Of a stretch of 64,000 bases of DNA, positions 36,400-50,230 are shown one piece after another. Position 1 is the stretch's first letter, and each line of letters starts with the position of its first letter. Origin of the DNA: Felis catus (Eukaryota). The notes under the pieces were generated by a model. That model searched no databases. It was not told the DNA's origin and saw only the letters and a list, made by a program, of their open reading frames with translations. The stretch is taken from NCBI RefSeq assembly GCF_018350175.1, contig NC_058368.1:153948001-154012000 (forward strand), read 5' to 3'. A program made the translations under genes and the position numbers.

Positions 36400-36799
36400 G
36401 TAAGTAGACTTCTAGTCTCTCCTCCAGGGCCACACACCCCTACCCTGGCCTTCTTGTCAGTGAGTGAGGCATATGCCTTGAACTATAGATGTTCCTTCTC
36501 TGAAATCCAAAACAATAATGAAGTGATAGTTTTGTCTTGGAATAGTCTCTGCATTCACTGGAGACATATGAGACTGACTGATATTTAACTTATGGCTCTT
36601 CTGATCTTTTTAATACATGTGAGCATCCCAAGAAAGTCCCTGATTTGGAACTCATAATTAAAGTCTCCTGACAGCTTCCATGGCATAAAAGAGAACACGA
36701 TCCCCCATTATGACTGGCCTGATCAATGCTTCTGCTCATCGCACATCCTCGAGCTCACCCTTGTGTCTTAAACTCGTAGTGGTGGCATGAATTGTGGAA

Positions 36800-37285
36800 T
36801 GCATTGAATTCCAGCAATAACTTCATTCTTTGAGTTGTAGGCCAAAATCTTTGTACCTGTTTACTGAATAATCTCCTAAACCTGTATCCCAACTTCTAGC
36901 TTTTCTCTAATATTTCTATTTATTCCAATACATTCCACCTTCTGCCATTGCTGCTTATCAAATTGTGTCTGAACTAAACATCTAAACTCCTCTGTAAACT
37001 TGCTCAATTTTACTTACATATTCAAGCAAATTTTCTTTTCCCCTGCAGTATCTACATTATCTGAGCTACTTTGAGTTGGCTTCTCTGTTACTTGCGCATA
37101 AAATCAGCTTAATTGTTTAATGATATTCACACAGTTGTTTGCTATTATTTCATGCATGTTGGTCTTAAATCTCTACTCAAAATTTAAAATCCTGATAAAG
37201 TAGTGCCATAATTTAGAATCATTTTACATGTTTCCCAGCAGTGTTTTGCACACAATACGTATTCAATAAATATCTGCTTATTAAT
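36800..37285 (+). mobile_element. LINE-2 3' fragment
   Basis: Ends in the L2 terminus 'cccagcagtgttttgcacacaatacgtattcaataaatatctg'. 5' boundary uncertain. Confidence 0.6.
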
Positions 37286-37883
37286 TATATTCTTCCTAAA
37301 ATTTTCTTGGATTTTTTTTATCTTTGCCTTTAAATTTAAATAGCAAATATTTTTATATACTTCCATTATCATTAAAGAAATACTTAGAAACAAGGTTATC
37401 CAACCATATCATTTTAAGCACAGAAATGTATTTGTTAAATGGCTTTATTGCAAATTATATTTTCTTTTCCTTTATTATGAGACCACACAATGTTCAGATT
37501 TTAAAAAAGAGCATACAGATAATCTAGCCCAACTCCCTTTTATAGACTTAGGTTCTGTGACCTAGAAATGAAATGCACATCTAGCAAACTTCCACCAATC
37601 TACAATTTGCCTTTTAAAATAGTTCTGTATACATTAGTCTGAACTCTCTGCAAAACATACAGGCTTGACTATATCCTTTGGATTATTCTTTAGAGCGAAT
37701 GCAAAATATTATCTGAGAAATGTCTACTACTATGGACATTTTGACTCAACTTTCTTTAACATTGCTTCCTGTATATGCTATCATTTCCTAAAGTGTAATG
37801 TTTTATCTAGCAAAGTCTCTTACCTTTTCCCACGTGCAGTCATGTTTCTCCCAGGATGCAGTCTATTGTCTATAAGATATGAG

Positions 37884-38135
37884 AGGCAAAATATTATAGC
37901 TTTTAAGAGCATGGGTTCTGGAGCCACAATGCCTAGGTTAGAAACCCCACCTCTCCACTTGCTGGCTGAGGGGACTAGGGGAATTTTAATTAATTTCTCA
38001 GGGCCCCTGTTTCCTCATATGCATGACAGGAAAAGAGTAGTACTGATTCTCTAAGATGGTTGTAAGGATTAAAGTATTTAATACATGAAACTCAAGGGAC
38101 ATCATAAGCACTCAATGAGTTTATATATTATTTAT
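37884..38135 (+). mobile_element. MIR (near full length)
   Basis: 'ttaagagcatgggttctggagccac..gcctaggtt...ctctccacttgctggctg...gtttcctcatatg...ggttgtaaggattaaag...taagcactcaat'. Confidence 0.9.
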
Positions 38136-38366
38136 ATTATAATGATTGGTTCTTGTTGTCAATTTACAAACAAAAGAAAACAAAGCAAAAGGATATTCTT
38201 AAATTATCCTGTCTAAGGAAAGTTGATATGTATCCAAAATCCTGAATGGTGAGTTGACTTTTGAGTTAAAAAAGCAAAAACAATAGCGATAATGCTACAT
38301 ATATTTATACTTTTAAATGTTTAATGACCCTCATGGTGAACTACTAGATAGAATTCTAATGTATGC

Positions 38367-38466
38367 AGATAGATAGATAGATAGATATAGATACATGATG
38401 GATATATATAGAGATATATCTATCTATCTCTCTATCTATCTATCTATATATAGATATATAGAGATA
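38367..38466. repeat. (GATA)n / (TATC)n inverted compound microsatellite
   Basis: A GATA run followed by its complement TATC run, with TA/GA spacers. Confidence 0.9.
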
Positions 38467-41091
38467 GAATTCAGATTTCATATACATATGTGTAGAGAGA
38501 GACAGACAGACAATATATAGTCATTGATAGGAGATGGGATACAGGTAATTTTTACTGGTTTTCTTTAAAAGATGTTTAATTTCACAACTGGTTCAAGTGT
38601 GCTAATACTTCTTAAAGATTTTTTCAGGTATCCCTTAGATGACTAAGAGCAGTTGATATGAAATGAATAACTGAGCGAAATATTGGTCATGGGTTCAAAG
38701 TGAAAATATGGAATAAGGCTTGAGCTTTGATGGAATTAAAAGTTGAGATAATGAAAAACAGATGAAAAAATGCAAAAAGTAATGTTTTGTGGTTTCCAAA
38801 GCATTTCACATACGATATTACTGTTGATACAGTACCTAGAAAAATTTTCTAATCACTCGACTCCTACCCTGTATTTGTGCACTTTTGAACTATTTAAAAG
38901 GCTTATTTCTTTGTTTATTTTGTGATATTTTATTTTTGCTTCTCCTTACTTCAAATTAAACATATGCATGAATTTAAAAATAATTTAATATCATCTTTTA
39001 TGGGACCCAATTCTGAATAACTCTGCAAAAAATTCTCTTGATCTATTTAATTTCCATAAAGAAATTCTGCACCTTTTGTGTGATACACTTGAGTATATGA
39101 GGAAGTGTTGGTGAGTGGTCTGTAGCTAAGAGCAGATGGGAAGCATCTTGATCCCCTGCTGAGCTGGTTTGGTGAGTTAAGAAGTAGGGTGGTAGGAATA
39201 GAGGAAAGGGATAGGAAGAAAAGCATACATTTCCTGCTCACAGTTTCCTTCAATTGGCAACTCAATCCTTTTGTTTTAACAAGCTCTTATGGGATTATAA
39301 ATAACTACCAGGAAGGCCAGAACTACAGATCATCCATTTTTTATTCTTTGTCTAAATAGCATCAACAGCAAACAGAGACTAGTGATTATGTTACTGTATA
39401 AGAAGAAGGGAGAAGAAATCTGGAAGGTAGGAACAATAGGCAAAAAGAAGAAGAAAAAAAGGGGTGAATGTTGTCTAGCTGGCGAGGTACCTCTTATCAG
39501 AAGCAGCATTTGTTTATAGACTCCTTGCTCACTCCTTCTTCTTTACCCTTCTTTCATCATTGTTAGCACATGATTTCCTTTATTCTTGGGCTTCCTAAAA
39601 GACATCTCTAGTATATCCAGAGATTCTTCTTTATCAGTTTAACATCAAGCCTAGGATTGACCCCACCTAAGATACAGGTTGGAAAAGTGGTGCTACAGAG
39701 TGGCTAGCCCAACTATCTCTTCAAATCAAATTTAGGTTGACCTTGATAGGTGTATATGGCAGAATGACAAAAAAATAGAAGGCCAAGACTTGCCTCACCA
39801 CCTAATTCATTCTCTTATAATGAAAAGGTTTGGGGATGGTCATAAGTGTTAAGCTTTCCTTATGCAATGTCTTCCCGCCAGATTTTCATCACTGCTTCTC
39901 ACATCTCCATGCCCCTCTATCCTGCCTGCACACCCACACACACCTGCCCCCCCTCCATGCACACACTTCATTCTCCTGAAATACCCTCTCTAGCTTTTAA
40001 CTTTTGGTTTTGCCAGTGCCTCCTTGCATCAAAAATATGCCTGTCTGTCTTTGATGTCCACTGATGTAGGCTTCAGTCTCCACTATTTTTCCTCCTTTTA
40101 ATGAATTCTTATTCTTTAAGGGTAAGATAACAGGAGTAAGTGAATAGTCTAGTAGCCATTGTGGAAATCTCTGGAAAAAAATTACTTCAAAGCAAGTATG
40201 CTTACAGCAGTAGTTAACATAGTCTGATCTCATGAAAAAGGCACATCCCTTCTATTAATGTGACTTTGACCCTACTCCTTAAAAATAACAACTTAACATT
40301 ATTTCCCTAATTTCTAAGCCAACTTCTGGAAAATAGGTTGCCATATAATATGAGAACTTTGTCTGGGCCTTCAGAATAGGTGGTATCAGCAGCTTCAAAT
40401 AGAACCTGACTCCCAACTTTATCTCCCAAGAAAAATGGATAGCTTTCAGTTCATTCCATTATACCTGGTGAGAAGGGGACCCTCTAGCTCTCTCAAATAA
40501 TAGTCCAAAGGCTGATCTAGCCTACTCAAGTTAACCTTTCAGGTAATTTGAAAACATTTGTATCATGGATAAGAATGACTGGAATGTAGTAGATGTTCAA
40601 AAAATATTTACTGAATTTAACAGAGATAAGATTGGCAAGTTATATTAATTATTTTCAATGTTTGTTAAATGAGGCTATTTCTCCATTCCACAAGCGACTA
40701 TTGAAGCTTACTATGTACTAGATACTATTCTAGAATATTGTTTCTCTTTTTCCCCTAACCTCTATAAAATTTATATGCAAAACACAACCTTAGTAACATC
40801 TCTCATCATTTGTGACTTTCAAAGAGACTCGAGGGAGAAATGTTCTCTTACCAAAGGTGGATTAGAATGGCTGGTAACAGAGAGCCCTGTGTCGTTTGAG
40901 AAACTCTTGACCCCACTCTCATATTCCTCTCAGATATCCCAGATATTCTTGTCTTTCTATTTTCCCTTCTTAAATATCAGTAGCCAAGAGGAGAAGAGGA
41001 AAGCCTACTGAGGAATTTGAATTTGGCTAATATATAGTATAATGCATTTTGTAAGTGACAGTAATTTTTATAAACATAGGTTTCAACTTCC

Positions 41092-41276
41092 TTTTTTTAA
41101 TGCTTATTTTTGAGAGCATGAGCGGGGGAGGGGCAGAGAGCGAGGGAGACAGAGGATCTGAAGCGGGCACCCTGCTGACAGATGCAAGCCTGATGGGGGG
41201 TTCAAACCCACAAATGCTGAGATCAAGACCTGAGCCAAAGTCAGATGCTAAACCTACTGAGCCACACAGGCACCCC
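41092..41276 (-). mobile_element. CAN-SINE
   Basis: Antisense SINE. TSD aggttt(c/t)aa(c/g)ttccttt. Confidence 0.93.
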
Positions 41277-41842
41277 AGGTTTTAAGTTCCTTTTAATGAA
41301 AGCTTGTGTTTGAACGAGTTTAAAGATTTTTCTGTGAGATAGCTGTTTTCCTTCTAATACTAAAATTATATTATGTCTAAAACAAACTTTAAAATAGAAA
41401 TAAAAGAAAAAAATCTCTCCCATTTTTTTTTACATTATGCTTATTAAGACTTTCCTGCCAGTTTATTTCATTGTAAAATACTCAAATTAAATTATTCCTT
41501 AAAGAACACTGGTAGAATTTTTGAGGAGTGGATACAATATTTAAAAAAAATCTACACTTCTTTTAATTTACCTAAGTGTTTAGGAACCAGGGTTTGTTGG
41601 TTTGCTTTTTTATAATTGATCACAGTATCACCTGACTGAAAACTGATTATACCATGAAAATCCTCTCAGGATAGTAGATTCATAGATCATATGAATAGAT
41701 CGAGACATTATAGAGCTGTACTCTAAGAAGAGATTATGTTTTTACTTACAATTAAAAATATTTTATATATTCAAATATTAAATAACATAAGGATCAACAT
41801 GGGATGAACAATAAAAGGTAAGAGAAATGCATTTCAAAATAT

Positions 41843-42558
41843 TGTTGAAAAATGAAATGAAATGCTTTGTGGCAAGACCAAAATGGCTTTAATGTGCTCC
41901 TCAGCTTAACTTTAGATAGGCTTCCTCTTTTCTCTAGGCTTCTGACCTCCCTTTTTTTTTAGATCATTTATTTTAGGAAATACATAATTATAAAATCTTT
42001 CTCTGCCCCTTTGAGAGGTAAATGTTTTTAAAAGCTTCTTGTTAACTTTAGAAGTCAGGAATGTCTTTCTCAAAGACCTGAAAATCATTCCTTTAAAACA
42101 GATCATCAAGGAAGATGGCACCCCCATTTCTCAGTCTCTGTGGAGATTAGGAACCTAACTTCTTGGGGACACTTTGCTCAAAGCTGTAAAACTACCTCCT
42201 GTCATAAAAATATGAGAAAGTTTTCTTTTCTTTTGAGTAAACCCAATTAGAAAATGCAGGTGGCCTAGCATTCTTCCCATCCCAGAATTTTTTTTTTAAT
42301 ATAATTTATTGTCAAATTGGTTTCCATACAACACCCAGTGCTCATCCCAACAAGTGCCCTCCTCAATGTCCATCACCCACTTTCCCCTCTCCCCCACCCC
42401 CCATCAACCCTCAGTTTGTTCTCCATCCCAGCTCTTAAAAACTCTTCATCTCTTTGTTTCAATCAAATTGAGCTCAGACTGAGCAAAGTCTGAACAAAGT
42501 CTTGAACAAAGTCTTCCTTGCCTGTTAAACTTTGTCTGGTGCCAGTTTGAGTTTGACA
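41843..42558 (+). mobile_element. ERV1-class solo LTR (MER34/MER39-like), interrupted by a short L1
   Basis: 'caggaatgtctttctcaaagacctg...atcatcaaggaagatggcacccccatttctcagtctctgtgg..aggaacctaacttc' recalls MER34/39. Ends 'aaagtcttccttgcctgt...tttgaca'. 5' boundary uncertain. Confidence 0.75.
42286..42422 (-). mobile_element. Very short 5'-truncated feline L1 (3'UTR end plus tail)
   Basis: Same 3'UTR text as 11820-11940. Flanking duplication ccatcccag at 42277-42285 and 42423-42431, followed by ctctt/aaaa. Confidence 0.92.
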
Positions 42559-43151
42559 AGCGTTACGCTATACGATAGTTTATGCTACAAATAAGTAAAT
42601 GGTGCATAAATATGTAGAATATTCTATTGCATAAAATAATATTTTGTTTCTTAAATAGCCTTAATGAGTCATCTACAAGAAATGCTTCTGTAATAATTAT
42701 ATTTTATGTAACACGTTTAAATGAAAAGAATTCTGTATCTGAATTTATCATAAATATATTATTTTGTTATATGCAGAGGTATATGGATTTGTGTATGTTC
42801 TTGAATATATGATGCATCTGTCTATAGAGAAAACGCAAAGACATCTCCTATTCATTTAGTGCATCAGTCAATAAGCCCAGAGATGTTGTATTTGAACTTT
42901 AAATTTCTCATGCAGGGAATCCAATAAATTCTTCCACAGATTCCCTTTGGCATCTGAGTAAATTTCTAGCGCCCTTTAAATTTTTATGGCTGTTTCTCCT
43001 CCTCTCTTACCCCAGAGGCACTGTTTCACTACTTTCACAATATCTCCATGCCTTTACTTGCTGATCCCCCTCCTCCAATGTTGAATTAACACATAGCTTC
43101 TAGACCCTGCTGGTTTCCCCCTGGACTTTGTCTTTCTGACCATCCTGTATT

Positions 43152-43156
43152 CCTTT

Positions 43157-43221
<65 letters not shown>

Positions 43222-43226
43222 TTTCT
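43152..43226. repeat. (TTTC)n microsatellite
   Basis: Direct reading. Explains ORF 43054-43281. Confidence 0.97.
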
Positions 43227-45344
43227 TCACTCTATCTTTGTCCTTACTGCACAAACCATAAGAGATTCTTAATATTCTCAAGAATTAACAGAAAAATACC
43301 CAAATCTAAGTTACTCTGTGTGCTTTATATATTCATATTTATATTTATAGATGCATTAAATTTTGTACAGGATCATGTAAGAAAACAGCAAAAATGTACC
43401 TTTATGTTAGAATGGGTTCTGGTTCCAAATAAAACTTGAAAGTTATAGAGCTCATTATATAAGAATCTTATATGTCACTAATTTGTTTTCTCAAATCTGA
43501 TGAACAAGAAAAGTGTCAGATATTTTTGACAAGTTTTAATTCTTTAAGAGGTTATGTGCTGTGAATATTCTTGAAAACCATCAAGGTCAAAAACAATAAA
43601 GAATAGTAAAAAATACATGTTTAGTTGAATATATTCATTTGACAGTTCACAACTTAAATATACAATGAACATTAATTCAACCTATATCAGTATGTCCTAT
43701 ATGAAAATATTGAACCAAATGAAGCAGGAACAGTCTTTTAAGTAGAAGATATAGAAACTAGTTAAATCATATAAATTGATTTAGTTGATTCCACCTTACC
43801 AGTTCTTTAGTTTTAATGATGACTGGTTTCATTACCGTGGTGAGTAGTGATATTAAAAAACAAACAAACAAAAAAAAAAAACCAGAGTGATTGCACTAAC
43901 TTACTATATTGCCCTCATTTGATGTGATGCCTATAGAGGACCAATAATTCATGCATAGTATCACTGACTTCTCAGTTCCAGTAAACTTAACTGTTGTAAA
44001 GTGTTGTCCAAAACCTTGTTGATCCTATAAGGTAGCAGCTTCTTTCATTTTTTTAAGAAAATAATCTGCATTATTTATGTATTGATTTTAATTTCAAATG
44101 ATGAGATTATTAACAATGCATTTCTTTTACCTGTGACAAGACATGTCCTGATAAATATAGATATTCATTGATAGGTAGCACCTCCAATGTGTAAAATTTT
44201 ACTGCGAAATTATGTGAATTTGAATTCTACTTCTGTTTATGTTGGATTAAATTCATATTTCTAAATTCAGCAGCCTCTTCCCTCTCTTTCTTGGTTCATT
44301 TTCAACTGTCAAAAGTCACAGCTTTCCCAAAAGCATTATAAATAACGTAAAACAAATGTAAACGAATGAGAAATAAGGATGACAAATTCCCAAGTTTTTG
44401 GGGGGTGGGAAAGGAGCGTATGAAAATGCACTCTTTATTTTACTCACAATTAAATTCTGTATCATTCTTATAGATTCAGGAAATTATAAAGCAGCAATAA
44501 ATCTTATACATTTGCTTTTAGTCTTTGGCCTTCAGTGATCTTTCCCATCTTGAAAAAATAAGATAGTATGCTCCACCCCATTTTTACTCCCTGCATCACA
44601 GAAAATATATGGCAAATGTGGGTAACTAGAGCAATCTATATCTTCTTCTTTCCTTTACATGCATGCCAAAATATATTAGCTTCATTTTAATGATTTAGAT
44701 CAAATCTCTCCATTGTAGAAGATTTTATGTCTAATTTTACAATTTATACAGTAATGGAAATGTGATCAAACATAGAATTTCTTTTATTTGATAATCATTC
44801 AGGAATATTTGTGCTTGTATCATATATGATGTCAGTATATCTTTTACAACATAGGCTACCAAAAACAATTTGGTATCTGAGAATAAAGTTGAATACATAT
44901 GTGTATTATACAAATGGAAAACAGATATTGTGTGTCTAAAACTTTAATGTGATTATATGAAATAGCAATCACTTTTTCCAAAGAAAAAACATTTTTAGTG
45001 TCCTTTGCACTTACATTTGACATACTTAAATGTCTTCTGTTTCTTGGAGTAAAGGATATTCTCGGCAAAAATAGAACACAGCAGCATTACAATAGTTTAA
45101 ATGTGTTATTCCTATAATTTTTTTAGAAAATTACAACTATGCATACTATCTATGCCAGTTGAAGTAGCCAAGATATTTTTTTTATTGTGTTTAAACTCAA
45201 ATGAAGCTATGTTTTGGTACAAATAGTAAGTATGATTACAATTAAAGAGTGATGTTATGTAATCAGAGGCCATTTTATGATTTTTATTAAATTCAGCCTC
45301 TATACTTACTGATATTTTGTTTTACCATCATCTAAGTTTTGAAA

Positions 45345-45820
45345 CTCACCAACTGCTATAAAAAGTCTTACGGCTGCCTGACACACCACTCCAAAACTCA
45401 GTGGCTTAAAATAAGCAGTATTTTATTTGCTCAAAATTGTGTTTCACACTGTTGGGATCTTCATCGGGGATCACATGGAAGACAGGCATCGTACAATGAA
45501 CTGAATGGAACAGTACGTGTGGGTCCTTGGCTGTGAATGTTGATTTTGTTGCTTGGTTGTCCTCCAGCCATTCCGTGTGTCAAGCTTGAGCTACCTCAAA
45601 GATTCGTGGTTTCCAAGTTCTAAGAAAGTAGGTTCCAAGTAGCAAACCTCCAATGGGCAAATGTTTAAGAAGCCCACGTTTGCTTCATGTTTACTAATGT
45701 TTGGTGGGCCGAAGCAAGTCACATGACCAGACCAACTCTCAGTGTGGGAGGAGATCACACAAAGGTACGAAAATCTGGAGGTGTGATTTATCTGGGGCCA
45801 CTCATCTAACAACACTATTC
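45345..45820 (-). mobile_element. ERVL-MaLR solo LTR (MLT1 family)
   Basis: 'caccactccaaaactcagtggcttaaaata..tttatttgctca' and 'aagcaagtcacatgacca...cagtgtgggaggagatcacacaaagg...ggggcca' are MLT1G-J-type antisense hallmarks. Confidence 0.8.
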
Positions 45821-48218
45821 AGAATTTGTGAATTCCTACCAATTGGAGATCATGTCTGAAAGTAGCCTTCCTAGTTTCATTTATTATTTTTATTGTAGCT
45901 TTTTTCCTTTTATGATTTGGAAACTTTCCAGAAAATCGTGTGAAACTAAATTTATACTGAAAGATGTTTGTGAATCTTAAGTCAACAAAATTTTCTCAGC
46001 AGTTTTCAATTTACAATTGAAATGGAGAATAAAACAGGGTTGAGGTCCGAGGTTTAGAGTTATAGATACAATCAACTTTTACTGAAACAAAGTTGGGGTG
46101 TTAGATTAAGGTATCAGTATAAAAAAATCAATGACAGTTTACACATTTTCAAGTAGTAATAATGGGTATTATACCATTTTCATTTCTCTTCTTGTACTTG
46201 ATATAAACTTTTCGGGTTCTTTCTTCTCGGCAGTTTAAAGAAGATGCTTATACATTAGTTTTTCATTTTTCAGATAATAACACACTGAATAGCTTTTTTT
46301 TTATCTCTACTGTATCTGTGCCTTCTAACAAATATACAATGCTTTTGTATTTTTATGACTCCAGTTTGTTGATTCTCATCTCCCATGTCTGAAAGTGGAC
46401 TATCGGACATACAGTAACATGGATGCTTAAGCCAAAAAACTATCTGATCACTTTATATGACCTCCTCAATATTACTGAGTAGGAATTTCACAAATGGCCT
46501 CCCTTGTAGCCTGGATGATATATTCTTAGAAATCTCACCCAAAATAACTTCCTGCCAAAGCTCTCTTACTTCCATCCATTCCTTTTCTCATCTGATGTGG
46601 TTTTGTGATGTGAATCTTTTTTCCTTTTCGTTCTTTATCTTTTCAAAGACTCTATTGTAAGAATCTCTATTTCTGGACAACCCACTTTAAATTCCTTTAG
46701 AGGTTCCCAACACCCAGTTTTCTTTTTTCAAAATGATCTTCAATAGAAGTGAGTGGAACTGATATTCTAGTAGTTGAGAAAAAATATATAGAAATAAATT
46801 TGCATATATTTGAAACTCACATAATAGGAACTAAAATTGGAGAGGGATTACTTTACATGTAAAAGTGCTTTTCACGTTGTAAAGTGCTATACAAATTTAA
46901 GGCATTATTATGAATAATAATGGGGATGTTGATGATGATCGTGAAATCAGTAGCCTTTACTAAAGACTAGTTCAGCCATGAGGAGTTGTTCAGTTAATTT
47001 AATATTCCTTGTAGAATACCTTCCAAATCATTGAACTGTCCACATTATAATAGCAGCTATTTCAGGAAGATTTTTTACATGGGTTCATTTACATATCAGA
47101 GTCTTCCTGAATGTTCACTTTCAATGCTCATCTGTGTAAGATGAAAGTTATAACTTGGAATCCCTATTGTCATGTGGAGGAATTAGTAGATAATTTGATA
47201 ATTGACTAGGCCTGCTATTTTTAATAGATTCTCCTCAAGTCTGTAAATGTTTGGTTTATTTGAAAACTCATCGTATAACAAAATCTGGAGATTTTATGTG
47301 TTATTTTGTACAAAATGCAAAATCAGTGGTAAACCTTAAGTACTGAAGGGACATCATTATGAACTAGTTATCGATGTGCTAAAAGTCATTTACACCTGCC
47401 ACAGAAGATAGATTGTGACGCTATTAATTTAACTGGCAGTGGGTATACTAACATAGCTGCCGTGTAAACTAGTAGCCCACCATCTGTAAAATCTTATGCA
47501 TATTTTGTGCATATAGCTGTACCATATTTTGACAACTTCAAATCAGCTTTAATCTGTCAATTTCAAAGTTTGTCACCAGAAAGTTCATCTGAAGGAGAAT
47601 GTCTGTTCAATTCATGTTAAATGCAAAATGATTACAGTAGATAACACTCACAAAATGCACCATTTCTTGGAAAAATAAAGTTGTTTAACATGGCTATTAT
47701 GTACTTTCAAGGCATAATACAGTTTTTTAAAAGCACATCTTAAAACACCAATATACAGTAGTATAATGAAAGATATATTTACTCATGGAAAGCATATGGC
47801 AATAGCAGTAAAAGTAAAGATGCTTTTCTCTGCAATAATTCTTCATTCACATAACAATATGTAAGGCGATAAAAAATGGTGTAGTGCTGAAGTTTCATTT
47901 CTGGTTCAATTTGAGGGAGGCTTGACACTCTATTCCAAAATGAGCATTTTTTTCTACAGTGTCCACAGCCTTCCCATTCTGGCATTTAAAGCTATTTGGC
48001 TTTATCAAAGGGTGGTTACCCTTGGCAGAGGATGAGAGCTGTCTTTCTATAGTGTCCCCTCAATTAAACTTGCCACTGGCTACATTATAGAGCAGCTAAA
48101 AAAATATCAAGGTACAAAAAGAGGATCTGCCTTTTTGCTGCAAAGAAATTCTAGTAAGGGGAAAGTGGGAGAAGAAAGATGGCCCAAGAGGGCACTATAT
48201 ATGACACACGATAACTCG

Positions 48219-48442
48219 TTTTTTTTTTTAAATTTTTAACATTTATTTATTATTGAGAGACAGAGAGAGACAGAGCATGAGCATGGGAGGGACAGAGAGA
48301 GAGGGAGACACAGATTCCTTAGCAGGCTCCAGACTCTAAGCTGTCAGCACAGAGCCTGATGCGGGGCCTGAACTCACAAACTGGGAGATCATGACCTGAG
48401 CCAAAGTCGGACGCTTAACCTACTGAGCCATCCAGGCACCCC
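48219..48442 (-). mobile_element. CAN-SINE (SINEC_Fc-like)
   Basis: Antisense SINE. TSD gataa(c/t)tc(g/a)ttttt. Confidence 0.96.
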
Positions 48443-49179
48443 GATAATTCATTTTTTTTAATTTTTGTTTTTCTTAATGTTAATCTATTATGCTTAGATG
48501 TTATATGTTGCATTACGTGAACCAGCAAAAATAAAATGATAACTAGTGAAAGATTTATGAAGGGAACTGATAGTTCTTCAACAATTGTAATGGAGTATAA
48601 TCACAGGAAGTGCATGAATGGTGTCTATATTCAGCTCAGTATTAAAATCTATGAAAACACATACACTACAGGTCAGGTACACAAGGAGGGTTATGCATGG
48701 GATTTTTTGTTGTTGTTGTTGTTGTTTTGTTTTAAATTAGTATGCTTTTTAAATTGATTGAGAAATATTCACCCTAATCTTTTTCATTATTTTAAAGAAT
48801 TTTGGAGCCATTTAAATACAAGTTTCCTTTGGTTCCATACCCTTTGCCATAATTGCATAACAATTGAAGAGTGTTTCTATTTAAAAAATAGGTTTTGTTT
48901 GGTGGAGGTACATGCTGACAGATTTTATTTTTCTACGGAAAAATGCCAGTGTGTTAAACTGTACACACAGAATACACTAAATAACTGTTTAAGTTTTCTA
49001 TTTTCTTTGTATTTGGAAACTCTTGTAATTAGCAAGTAATGTTCCTATTTATATACTGAACATTGTTGAAGAGAATCACGTGTACAGCTTATACATAGAG
49101 TATCTATTTGTTTTCCTTTTAAATTCTAAGTGAAATCAGTTTCAGCAACATGAACGGTGTCAGGGATATACTCTTCAAA

Positions 49180-50230
49180 ACAGGAGCTTGATCTCATTGC
49201 CTCTATTTTCTGCTCCTCACTATTTTGCGGTTGGCTGTTTATTCCACCATTTAGAAAATTTTTCTTTATGCAAGATCAACAATAACCTCTTAATTGATAC
49301 ATTAAGCACTGGTTCTCTTTCTTTTTTCTCTTTTTCCTCTCTGCAATGTTTGAAAATGCTGATCAACTCCTGTTGAATTTTGCTTTCTTCCTCTGATTAT
49401 TACCTTTTCTGTTTTCCCTTCATAGCCCTTAACCAGTACCTGATTCTTGAATATAAATAATATTCACGATTAAATCATTTCCCTTTTCTCTTCTCTTTAT
49501 GCTAGTGTTATGCAATAAACCATTTCATTTTTTTTTAACTTTTTTTCAACGTTTATTTATTTTTGGGACAGAGAGAGACAGAGCATGAACGGGGGAGGGG
49601 CAGAGAGAGAGGGAGACACAGAATCGGAAACAGGCTCCAGGCTCTGAGCCATCAGCCCAGAGCCCGACGCGGGGCTCGAACTCACGGACCGCGAGATCGT
49701 GACCTGGCTGAAGTCGGACGCTTAACCGACTGCGCCACCCAGGCACCCCGCAATAAACCATTTCAAATATCTCCATAGCCCACCTTGCCAATACCAATTT
49801 CTTTTTCCAAATATCTACTGGAAATTATTCAGTCAACCAATATTTATTCCAAGGTAAGTAAATATTCCACACCAGGCTTAATTATGGAGATAGAAATGTG
49901 AGGAAATAACTTGATCATTTTTGTTAGTGATGCTACCATTATCCCAAGGAAACAGAAATTAAACTTAATAATTATGATTGGTTTTTCTCTTACATTGCCT
50001 TATCAATCCACTCAGTACCAAACCTTGCTACTATGAGCCCAATATCTCTCAATATCAGTATCTCTCATATCTATTCTCTATTTTTTGTAATGTTATTAAT
50101 TTGAACACTCAATATTTTAAAAATATTATAAAAATTCTAGTCAGTTTCTAGTCTATGTTGCTTTAGATTGTCCTTCTTCAACTGTAGTATCAGCCTATAA
50201 GTTTTAGTGACTTCATATTTCCTATAAAAT
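49180..50230 (+). mobile_element. LINE-2 fragments
   Basis: Pyrimidine-rich decayed L2 text ('tgctgatcaactcctgttgaa', 'gatgctaccattatcccaag', 'caatccactcagtaccaaacctt'), split by the SINE at 49.5 kb. Confidence 0.5.
49528..49749 (-). mobile_element. Very young CAN-SINE (SINEC_Fc)
   Basis: About 15 CpGs retained. Perfect 16-bp TSD gcaataaaccatttca at 49512-49527 and 49750-49765. Confidence 0.98.
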
